A stretch of DNA of 25,852 bases, taken from a virus. Taxonomy: Duplodnaviria; Heunggongvirae; Uroviricota; Caudoviricetes. The stretch spans positions 1 through 25,852 of the IMG/VR virus record IMGVR_UViG_2778261249_000012. One strand, given 5' to 3'. This document shows positions 20,203 through 25,852 of the stretch, piece by piece. Position 1 is the first letter of the stretch; each line of letters starts with the position of its first letter. Made by a program: the position numbers and the translations under genes. The notes below the pieces were generated by a model. That model did no database searches and had not been told where the DNA came from. It saw only the letters and a program-made list of their open reading frames with translations.

Positions 20203-20460
20203 CTACTTCGCTTTTGCTTCCGCTCGCTTACGCCGGCGCTCTTCTTTCCTCTCGGCTTTTGCCATGTCCATGAATGCCTGCATGATCGAGTTCCGCATCA
20301 TGTAGCTAACAAAGTGATGATTGACACAGCCGTTGAGGCGCAGCTGCTCGCCAAACTCATCCACCGAGGCCAATGCTTCCATCATGCCCTTCTCACCTTT
20401 CATGAACTCTGAGAAGTCACGCCCCGCTCTGGAGGCGCATTCAATGACACGATCACTCAT
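20203..20460 (-). CDS. hypothetical protein (85 aa) with a basic KR-rich C-terminal tail
   Basis: ATG start overlaps the upstream KilA-N gene stop (ATGA). C-terminus KAERKEERRRKRAEAKAK. Confidence 0.5.
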   Translation of the reverse strand: MSDRVIECASRAGRDFSEFMKGEKGMMEALASVDEFGEQLRLNGCVNHHFVSYMMRNSIMQAFMDMAKAERKEERRRKRAEAKAK

Positions 20461-20954
20461 CCCGGAAGCCCGGGGATCGTAATCTGCAGCTGGTTAGCCA
20501 GGGAGTTAATCTCAGCGACCAACACTGGCTTCGTATAGCGCCATGCCGCCAGCCCTTGTCCGCAGAAGCTCGCCATATCTTTTTTCTGATCAAACTCATG
20601 ACACTTCATATTGAGCTGTGCACTTAAGCTGTTGCGATGCTGAAGTTCTCCGGTGAAGTAGTCATCCAGGACTTTATAGGCTGCATATTTAAATCCGGGG
20701 TTTAGCCATGCTGCATAATCATAAGCAACAAACTTCCCGCCATATGTTCCACCGTGTACACCGCGCTCAGTAAAAACCACAGATTCGTGGTTTTTCTCCA
20801 GCTCGGCTAAGAACTCTTTGGTCTGCTTGTTTCGCAGGTAGTGGTACGGAGATTCAGATTCACTTTTACCACTGGCTTTCCACATATCAGTGAGGCAGAT
20901 CATGCCATCTTCACCGATACGAATTGGTTGATTGAAGAGGGTTAATGATTTCAT
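20457..20954 (-). CDS. KilA-N domain protein
   Basis: 165 aa. The N-terminal half (...MICLTDMWKASGK...EFLAELE...GGTYGGKFVAYDYAAWLNPGFKY...) fits the KilA-N DNA-binding domain pattern. Confidence 0.7.
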   Translation of the reverse strand: MKSLTLFNQPIRIGEDGMICLTDMWKASGKSESESPYHYLRNKQTKEFLAELEKNHESVVFTERGVHGGTYGGKFVAYDYAAWLNPGFKYAAYKVLDDYFTGELQHRNSLSAQLNMKCHEFDQKKDMASFCGQGLAAWRYTKPVLVAEINSLANQLQITIPGLPG

Positions 20955-21069
20955 AGCGTGTACCTACTCTTTGAAATGAACCTTTGCCGCACAGGAAACC
21001 AGCCCACCGAGGCTCGCCAGCACTAACTGGTATCTTCAAAGGCCCATTCCAAAGGGGCAGGTTCGGTGT

Positions 21070-21096
21070 AAAAAAAACATGCGTTGCGGTACGCAT
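21070..21096 (-). terminator. intrinsic terminator, second of a tandem pair downstream of Rz
   Basis: On the minus strand: ATGCGT-ACCGCA-ACGCAT, a perfect 6-bp stem, followed by 8 T (complement of the A-run at 21070..21077). Confidence 0.5.
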
Positions 21097-21102
21097 TTAT
21101 TG

Positions 21103-21128
21103 CAAAAAAGCCCCGCATCGCGAGGCTC
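21103..21128 (-). terminator. intrinsic terminator, first of a tandem pair downstream of Rz
   Basis: On the minus strand: GCCTCGC-GAT-GCGGGGC imperfect stem followed by TTTTTTGC. Confidence 0.45.
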
Positions 21129-21158
21129 ATTAAATGGACTTTGTGATTTGCAAAAAAA

Positions 21159-21596
21159 TTATTTCAGGCATTGCGTCCTGATGTACTCCTGCAGGTAGTT
21201 AACCTGCGCGGTTATCTTGTCGATTCCACTTCGGAGACGGTAATAATTGAGTTCAGCATCTGCTGTAAGTCCTGGGCTTTCTCCATCGCCCATGCCGCTG
21301 GCTCCGGTCGTTGACTTTGCACAGGTGGCGGCGACTTGCAGGCGCTTACGCCCAGCAGAAACATCAGCACGGAGACTTTCGATAGTCGCGTTAGCATCAG
21401 CAAGCTCCTTTGTGTATCTGGCGTCGAGTTCTGCTACATCACGTTGACGCTTCTGCATGTCAGCGATGATGTACGTGGCTTTATCGCGCTGCTCTTTGTA
21501 GGCGATTGCATTATCACGGTAATGATTAACAGCCCATGACAGACAGACGATGATGCAGATAACCAGAGCGGAGATAATCGCGGTTACTCTGCTCAT
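21159..21596 (-). CDS. Rz: i-spanin Rz
   Basis: 145 aa. [31 protein letters not shown]... closely resembles lambda Rz (N-terminal transmembrane helix, coiled-coil periplasmic domain). ATGA overlap with the R stop. Confidence 0.9.
   Translation of the reverse strand: MSRVTAIISALVICIIVCLSWAVNHYRDNAIAYKEQRDKATYIIADMQKRQRDVAELDARYTKELADANATIESLRADVSAGRKRLQVAATCAKSTTGASGMGDGESPGLTADAELNYYRLRSGIDKITAQVNYLQEYIRTQCLK
21212..21397 (-). CDS. Rz1: o-spanin Rz1 (lipoprotein), embedded in the +1 frame of Rz
   Basis: Start at the ATG at 21397 with AAGGAG RBS at 8-nt spacing. Signal peptide with lipobox LLGVSAC, Pro-rich mature part. The six-frame ORF begins 2 codons upstream at a TTG. Confidence 0.75.
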   Translation of the reverse strand: MLTRLSKVSVLMFLLGVSACKSPPPVQSQRPEPAAWAMEKAQDLQQMLNSIITVSEVESTR

Positions 21597-22069
21597 ACCT
21601 CAATCTCTCTGACCGTTCCGCCTGCTTCTTTGAATTTTGCAATCAGGCTGTCAGCCTTATGCTCGAACTGGCCATAACCAGCCCCCGGAAGTGAAGCCCA
21701 GATATTGCTGCAACGGTCGATTGCCTGACGAATATCACCGCGGTCAATCATCGGTAAAGCGCCACGCTCTTTAATCTGTTGCAGTGCCACAGCGTCCTGG
21801 CTTTTGGGAGAGAAGTCTTTCAGGCCAAGCTGCTTACGATAGGCATCCCACCAACGGGAAAGAAGCTGGTAACGTCCGGCTGCTGTTGATTTGAGTTTTG
21901 GGTTTAGCGTGACAAGTTTGCGAGGGTGATCGGAGTAATCAGTGAATAGCTCTCCGCCAACAATGACGTCATAACCATGATTTCTGGTTTTCTGCCGTCC
22001 ATTATCAGTTCCCTCTGACCACGCCAGCATATCGAGGAACGCCTTACGTTGATTATTGATTTCCACCAT
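21593..22069 (-). CDS. R: endolysin R (lambda-type lytic transglycosylase)
   Basis: 158 aa. [53 protein letters not shown]... is essentially identical to lambda R as I recall it. Confidence 0.95.
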   Translation of the reverse strand: MVEINNQRKAFLDMLAWSEGTDNGRQKTRNHGYDVIVGGELFTDYSDHPRKLVTLNPKLKSTAAGRYQLLSRWWDAYRKQLGLKDFSPKSQDAVALQQIKERGALPMIDRGDIRQAIDRCSNIWASLPGAGYGQFEHKADSLIAKFKEAGGTVREIEV

Positions 22070-22376
22070 CTTCTACTCCGGCTTTTTTAGCAGCGAAGCG
22101 TTTGATAAGCGAACCAATCGAGTCAGTACCGATGTAGCCGATGAACACGCTCGTTATATAAGCGAGATTGCTACTTAGTCCGGCGAAGTCGAGAAGGTCA
22201 CGAATGAACCAGGCGATAATGGCGCACATCGTTGCGTCGATTACTGTTTTTGTAAACGCACCGCCATTATATCTGCCGCGAAGGTACGCCATTGCAAACG
22301 CAAGGATTGCCCCGATGCCTTGTTCCTTTGCCGCGAGAATGGCGGCTAACAGGTCATGTTTTTCTGGCATCTTCAT
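22053..22376 (-). CDS. S: holin S (lambda class I holin/antiholin, dual-start)
   Basis: 107 aa. [64 protein letters not shown]... is essentially identical to lambda S, including the Met1/Met3 dual-start arrangement (ATG at 22376 and 22370). Confidence 0.95.
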   Translation of the reverse strand: MKMPEKHDLLAAILAAKEQGIGAILAFAMAYLRGRYNGGAFTKTVIDATMCAIIAWFIRDLLDFAGLSSNLAYITSVFIGYIGTDSIGSLIKRFAAKKAGVEDGGNQ

Positions 22377-22495
22377 GTCTTACCCCCAATAAGGGGATTT
22401 GCTCTATTTAATTAGGAATATGGTCGGTTACTGATAGAACAAATCCAGGCTACTGTGTTTAGTAATCAGATTTGTTCGTGACCGATATGCACGGG

Positions 22496-22531
22496 CAAAA
22501 CGGCAGGAGGTTGTTATGGCAACCTCATGCC
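22496..22531 (-). terminator. conserved stem-loop plus T-tract in the S leader (terminator-like)
   Basis: On the minus strand: GGCATGAGGTTG-CCATAA-CAACCTCCTGCC-GTTTTG, a 12-bp stem with one mismatch. The surrounding ~240 bp down to the S start is nearly identical to the lambda sequence upstream of S. Confidence 0.5.
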
Positions 22532-22618
22532 ACCCGCTTTCACGAAGGTCATGCGTAGAATGCCGCAGCGTAACTATCACTGATGAATTCAGGATAGCCA
22601 GTGGCTACGGCTCAGTTA

Positions 22619-22694
22619 TGGTGCTGGTTAACGGACTTGAACCGCTACCCATTCGCTTACAAGGCGACTGCTCTACCATTGGAGCTAAACCAGC
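22619..22694 (-). tRNA. tRNA-Thr (anticodon UGU), phage-encoded, in the late leader
   Basis: Hand-folded 76-nt cloverleaf on the minus strand: acceptor GCTGGTT/AACCAGC (7 of 7 bp), D-arm GCTC-CAATGGTA-GAGC, anticodon arm GTCGC-CTTGTAA-GCGAA (U33, anticodon TGT, A37), 5-nt variable loop, T-arm AGCGG-TTCAAGT-CCGTT, discriminator A, encoded CCA. Confidence 0.75.
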
Positions 22695-22699
22695 ATATT

Positions 22700-22774
22700 T
22701 GGCGGGACAGCGTGGACTCGAACCACGATAAGAAGGTTAACAGCCTTCCGTAATGACCTTTATACGACTGACCC
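22700..22774 (-). tRNA. tRNA-Asn-like (anticodon GUU), possibly slightly degenerate
   Basis: 75-nt cloverleaf on the minus strand: acceptor GGGTCAG/CTGTCCC (6 of 7 bp, T-T mismatch at 4:69), weak D-stem (3 bp plus a mismatch) with GG in the loop, anticodon arm GAAGG-CTGTTAA-CCTTC (U33, GTT, A37), T-arm CGTGG-TTCGAGT-CCACG, encoded CCA. Anticodon and T loops are the same as in E. coli tRNA-Asn. Confidence 0.55.
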
Positions 22775-22775
22775 A

Positions 22776-22865
22776 AATAAAAAAAGCCACCGTTGCAACT
22801 TAAGAGTCACTAACGGCAGCTTATGCCAATAGTGTTGCTCATTTGCTCAATGATGTCAACACGTT
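22776..22865 (-). promoter_or_regulatory. candidate late promoter PR' and Q-utilisation region
   Basis: Immediately downstream of the Q stop on the minus strand there is a consensus -35 hexamer TTGACA (complement of 22854..22859). I could not place a convincing -10, so this assignment rests on position (between Q and the late leader) and that one element. Confidence 0.35.
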
Positions 22866-23354
22866 CTATGCTACATGTTTAATTTTCTCTACACGTTTCC
22901 GATTTTTAAACGCACTATCCAGAACCGGGTAAATCATAAACAACGAGGCATTAAGGATTTCGTCAACTTCCCGTCGACAGGTTGCGAGCGATGGTTTTTG
23001 AATGCGCCCGCCGCCCCGGCATAACATCTTGCGAGGTCTTGCGACGCGATGATAGTAAGATGCAATGGCGTGCTTGGAAGATCCATGGGCGTAGTAGCTG
23101 AGGAGGATGCCAAAGGCTTTCTTGTCAATGTACATGACGGAATCGACGACCTGAGAAATCAACATTCCATCATCATCATTGCACATTGGCCTTGTCATAA
23201 CTCTTCCCGGCTCTACGCTCTCCATGAACTTCGCTATTACGCTGCTCATGCGCTTTTCAAGACGACCTGAATAAACCCATGCGCCCCACAGTTCAAGCCA
23301 GCCATTCAGCCACTCCTGCTGTTCTTTGGTGAGGTTTAGTTCTCTTATGCCCAT
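22866..23354 (-). CDS. late-gene antiterminator Q, non-lambda (phage 21/82-like) type
   Basis: 162 aa. Position immediately upstream of the late leader and S. The N-terminal motif LELWGAWVYSG resembles the ERWGAW motif of E. coli prophage QuuD/YbcQ-type Q proteins. No similarity to lambda Q. Confidence 0.7.
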   Translation of the reverse strand: MGIRELNLTKEQQEWLNGWLELWGAWVYSGRLEKRMSSVIAKFMESVEPGRVMTRPMCNDDDGMLISQVVDSVMYIDKKAFGILLSYYAHGSSKHAIASYYHRVARPRKMLCRGGGRIQKPSLATCRREVDEILNASLFMIYPVLDSAFKNRKRVEKIKHVA

Positions 23355-23539
23355 CGTCTTCCCCTCTTGCCCTGTTTGACCATCAGGACGCCGTTAACTA
23401 TTACGTGACGCTCGCCTTTGCTGTCTCGGTTGTACTTGAGCACTGTTCCTCTTGCGCAGGAAAGCATCCTCGCCACTTCGGTCTGATTGCCTCGTGTCTG
23501 GATAAGAAGCTCTGGTATCGTTTGAATTGTGGCGTTCAT
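23345..23539 (-). CDS. ninH: NinH
   Basis: 64 aa. TIPELLIQTRGNQTEVARMLSCARGTVLKYNRDSKGERHVIVNGVLMV resembles lambda NinH (GNQTEVARRLKCSRGTVRKY...). ATGA overlap with the rusA stop. Confidence 0.8.
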   Translation of the reverse strand: MNATIQTIPELLIQTRGNQTEVARMLSCARGTVLKYNRDSKGERHVIVNGVLMVKQGKRGRRWA

Positions 23540-23898
23540 GCGTTCTCCAGTTCGGTGATTTTTATTCCAAGCCTTCCGCCTGGTACTTTCACACCACGAA
23601 TTACGCGAATGTCATCGAATTGCTCGTCGTCTTCCGCAAATCCGGCGTGGATAAGGGAATCGAGTAAACCTTTCAGGATGTTATCGAGGTCGCGGCGGCG
23701 GGAGTCTGGAACGTCTGCGATGACTTTGATGCGGAGTCGTGATTTGGTGAAAATATCTAACTTGAGTTGGTGGATGATTTGCTGAACGTCTTTTCGGTAT
23801 TTCTGGCCTTTATCGCTGATGTAGTATTGGCTTCCCCGTCTTCGCCAGTAGGTATTCACCGACGGCGGGTATGGAAGCACAAACTGATATTCGTTCAT
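23536..23898 (-). CDS. rusA: Holliday junction resolvase RusA
   Basis: 120 aa. PPSVNTYWRRRG...DSRRRDLDNILKGLLDSLIHAGF...GGRLGIKITEL matches the RusA family (catalytic DxRRRDLDN region). Confidence 0.85.
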   Translation of the reverse strand: MNEYQFVLPYPPSVNTYWRRRGSQYYISDKGQKYRKDVQQIIHQLKLDIFTKSRLRIKVIADVPDSRRRDLDNILKGLLDSLIHAGFAEDDEQFDDIRVIRGVKVPGGRLGIKITELENA

Positions 23899-24185
23899 GA
23901 CTTAATCTTCCCCTCCTTCAGCAGTATCGCCTGCGTCCTGATCACGCCTTCGAGGTGGTAAAGTCTGGCGTCTTTGTTGTCGAGATTATGGGTGCGTCGG
24001 TCGATTTCATCGTGACACGCGCTACAAGCCCATGCGCCAATCAGGTCGTCAGGCTTCATTCCCGTTCCGCAAATTCCAGCCATCCGGTAATGTGCCAGAA
24101 CTGTAGTTTCAGGATTACCATTGCATACGCCGTAAATACGTACCTGGCATTCTCTTCCGCGCGCTTCTTTGCGTAGGTTAGCCAT
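23895..24185 (-). CDS. YbcO-like protein (DUF1364, putative Zn-binding nuclease)
   Basis: 96 aa. MANLRKEARGRECQVRIYGVCNGNPETTVLAH...CSACHDEIDRRTH... closely resembles the E. coli DLP12 prophage protein YbcO. Confidence 0.75.
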   Translation of the reverse strand: MANLRKEARGRECQVRIYGVCNGNPETTVLAHYRMAGICGTGMKPDDLIGAWACSACHDEIDRRTHNLDNKDARLYHLEGVIRTQAILLKEGKIKS

Positions 24186-24907
24186 TAAGCAGCCTCCCCT
24201 GTTACTTTCAGCATTCCGTTATCGAGCAGCTTTCTGGTCAGCCACTGTTGGCCACGCCCGGTGATTTTTGTGGTGAACGATATCTGTATTCCGTGATTTG
24301 TGTTGACCGCTGTTTCTTTCACTGTGAAATAGCCGCGATCCATATATTCCTGCATTGGCACATTGCGCCGGGAACCTGAAGCAATAAGGATTTTGTGATC
24401 GCGCATCCACGCAAACAGTTTGTTTGGACCAATTCCAACAACCTTTGCAAAGTTTCCAATCAAAATTCCGCTGGCCTCGCCAACGCGATCGGCAAACTCA
24501 ACTTTAGGTGCGGCAATTGCGAGCTGGTTTTCCAGTTGCATTTTCTGCTCAGCAAGATCAGCAGCAAGGCGCAACGCTTCCGGTAGCGTTTTGGGGATAT
24601 TAACCGCAGCTTCTTCAAGCTCTCGCCAGCGGTCAACAAGGCGAGCGGTGAACTCTGGCGACAACTGGGCTACAACGACAATACTGTCTCGCTTTCCTTG
24701 TTCGCCTTCGAATACATACACACAAAAACTTTGATTTAAGCCTAACCCATTGATTCTTCCACAATCCTCAATTTGAGGAAGCCGGATAACACCATTTTTA
24801 GCCAGCGTTTCGATGGTACGTTTCACATTGTCATGACGCTTACCAACCAACTCAGCGATTTCAATGCTTGTCATTTTTATGGCATTGCCATTTATTAACT
24901 CATTCAT
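24185..24907 (-). CDS. Rha-family phage regulatory protein with a C-terminal antirepressor-like (KilAC) domain
   Basis: 240 aa. N-terminal ...MTSIEIAELVGKRHDNVKRTIETL... fits the Rha pattern; C-terminal ...KILIASGSRRNVPMQEYMDRGYFTVKE... fits the antirepressor C-terminal pattern. The start overlaps the ninF stop. Confidence 0.7.
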   Translation of the reverse strand: MNELINGNAIKMTSIEIAELVGKRHDNVKRTIETLAKNGVIRLPQIEDCGRINGLGLNQSFCVYVFEGEQGKRDSIVVVAQLSPEFTARLVDRWRELEEAAVNIPKTLPEALRLAADLAEQKMQLENQLAIAAPKVEFADRVGEASGILIGNFAKVVGIGPNKLFAWMRDHKILIASGSRRNVPMQEYMDRGYFTVKETAVNTNHGIQISFTTKITGRGQQWLTRKLLDNGMLKVTGEAA

Positions 24908-25076
24908 CGTCTTCTTCCTCGTACATTAAGCTATTCGGATCGCTCATCAGTTCTGCGCAGCAGTGCTCACACACGTGAACTTCCAGCACATGCAGCTTCT
25001 GACCGCAGTTAGCGCACGTTAAAGCCCGCTCGACGCTTTCTTTCTGGTATTGAATGGATTGGGATGGGCTAAGCAT
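24900..25076 (-). CDS. ninF: NinF
   Basis: Not in the supplied ORF track (58 aa, below its length cutoff). My translation of the minus strand gives [58 protein letters not shown], matching lambda NinF as I recall it. The start overlaps the ninX stop (TAATG). Confidence 0.75.
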   Translation of the reverse strand: MLSPSQSIQYQKESVERALTCANCGQKLHVLEVHVCEHCCAELMSDPNSLMYEEEDDE

Positions 25077-25444
25077 TATTGGATTCTCTGCATCATGAGA
25101 AAGACAATCATGGCTGCGCGGAGAGGGTTGTCATCAAGAGTAATATGCTCACCAAAGCTATCAGCCTCCCACCATGACACTGCTTTCATGCCAGGGTTTG
25201 CTCGCTTGTATGCACATACGCTGATCATGTTTTCCATGATAATCGGCCATGCGTCTGCCGGGTTGTTGCAGTAGTCAGCTGCCGCTATGCAGATATATTC
25301 AGAATTAACTTCTGCAACAATCGTTACTCCTTCCTTGCTAGGGAGATTTCTGGCAACAAATAGACCATTCCTGTCTTTATAAATAACCTCTGCTACTCGC
25401 TTGTTAATTTCAAAATCACTTAACTGTGAATAATCCATTGTCAT
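25076..25444 (-). CDS. ninX: NinX-like protein (between ninE and ninF, as in P22)
   Basis: The six-frame ORF starts at a GTG (25480). I place the start at the ATG at 25444 (MTMDYSQL...), which overlaps the ninE stop as ATGA. The ATG at 25438 is an alternative start with better SD spacing. Assigned by synteny. Confidence 0.5.
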
Positions 25445-25617
25445 TTCCTCGCACGATGTCTTAGCCACCGGATATCCCACAGGTGAGCCGTGTAGTTGAA
25501 GGTTTTTACGTCAGATTCTTTTGGGATTGGCTTGCGTTTATTTCTGGAGCGTTTCGTTGGAAGGTATTTGCAGTTTTCACAGATTATGTCGGTGATACTT
25601 CGTCGCTGTCTCGCCAC
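25441..25617 (-). CDS. ninE: NinE
   Basis: Not in the supplied ORF track. My translation gives (V)[57 protein letters not shown], 58 codons, which matches the lambda/P22 NinE family as I recall it. Apparent GTG start 3 nt after AAGGAGGA. Confidence 0.7.
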
Positions 25618-25757
25618 ACGTCCTCCTTTTCCTGCGGTAGTGGTAACACCCCTGTTGGTGTTCTTTCACACCGGAGACACCATCGATTCCAGTAAGGTTG
25701 ATTTGGTCGGAAGCGGTTATCTTCTTTGCATTCACCGCACCGATAACATCGCATCAT
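25584..25757 (-). CDS. ninD: NinD-like small zinc-ribbon protein
   Basis: 57 aa from the tandem ATG ATG at 25757 ([36 protein letters not shown]...), with two CxxC pairs. Position and size match lambda ninD. Overlaps ninE by 34 nt in another frame. The six-frame ORF (77 aa) is an upstream extension. Confidence 0.6.
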
Positions 25758-25852
25758 GCTGCCCGGTCTCCCCATCGCGCTTTCCACTCCAGAGCCAGTC
25801 TCGCTTCGTCTGACCACTTAACGCCACGCTCTGTACCGAATGCCTGTATAAG
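25754..25852 (-). CDS. 3' end of an upstream nin gene (NinB or NinC-like), truncated by the window edge
   Basis: An open frame runs from the window edge to a TGA at 25754..25756 that overlaps the ninD start (ATGATG). It encodes ...[32 protein letters not shown]. Confidence 0.4.
   Translation of the reverse strand, partial: LIQAFGTERGVKWSDEARLALEWKARWGDRAA

Larger units (their letters stand above)
1425..25852. mobile_element. P22-like prophage, right arm (nin region through tailspike); continues beyond the window's right edge
   Basis: Contiguous colinear phage modules in P22 gene order (nin, Q, lysis, terminase, portal, scaffold, coat, gp4, gp10, gp26, gp14, gp7, gp20, gp16, immI, tailspike), ending beside interrupted sbcB. 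Confidence 0.85.

Noticed and set aside
20911-21096. 61-aa minus-strand ORF between the KilA-N gene and Rz
   Set aside because: It overlaps the KilA-N start and the terminator hairpins and has no RBS. The region is better explained as non-coding terminators.
22496-22531. Hairpin upstream of S as the lambda tR' (6S RNA) terminator
   Set aside because: As I recall it, lambda tR' is the CCCGAAAC...GTTTCGGG hairpin about 400 bp upstream of S, not the hairpin about 110 bp upstream. This element is homologous to the latter, so I report it only as a conserved terminator-like stem-loop.
25584-25817. 77-aa ORF as the full ninD product
   Set aside because: The first 20 codons of the track ORF lie inside the upstream gene. 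The tandem ATG at 25757 gives the 57-aa size expected of ninD.
1-25852. Integrase, excisionase, CI/Cro-type immunity region, CRISPR arrays, IS elements
   Set aside because: None are present in this window. The prophage left arm is outside it, and no repeat-spacer arrays or transposase ORFs were seen.

Overview
The window is the right arm of a P22-like (Lederbergvirus-type, short-tailed) prophage plus its junction with host DNA, in an Escherichia/Shigella-like chromosome. Host side: a complete dacD (1..1167, minus) and the first ~16 codons of divergent sbcB (from 1376, plus), after which sbcB is broken, so the prophage sits inside the 5' end of sbcB. Prophage side, transcribed almost entirely on the minus strand from right to left: a nin region (ninD, ninE, ninX, ninF, rha, ybcO-like, rusA, ninH), a non-lambda Q antiterminator, a late leader carrying two tRNA genes, a lambda-type lysis cassette (S, R, Rz/Rz1), a small accessory cluster (KilA-N and two small ORFs), then terminase small and large subunits, portal, scaffold, coat, the gp4/gp10/gp26 tail hub and needle, three ejection proteins (gp7, gp20, gp16), the immI region (mnt, arc, ant with recognisable Omnt and Oarc operators) and a tailspike. 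Integrase, repressor and attL are outside the window. The most interesting locus is a two-gene cassette (5513..6253, plus strand) encoding two small signal-peptide proteins in the slot where P22 carries sieA, translationally coupled to mnt; I propose it as a candidate lysogen-expressed exclusion or immunity module of unknown mechanism. All protein assignments are from recalled similarity to known phage proteins, not from a database search.
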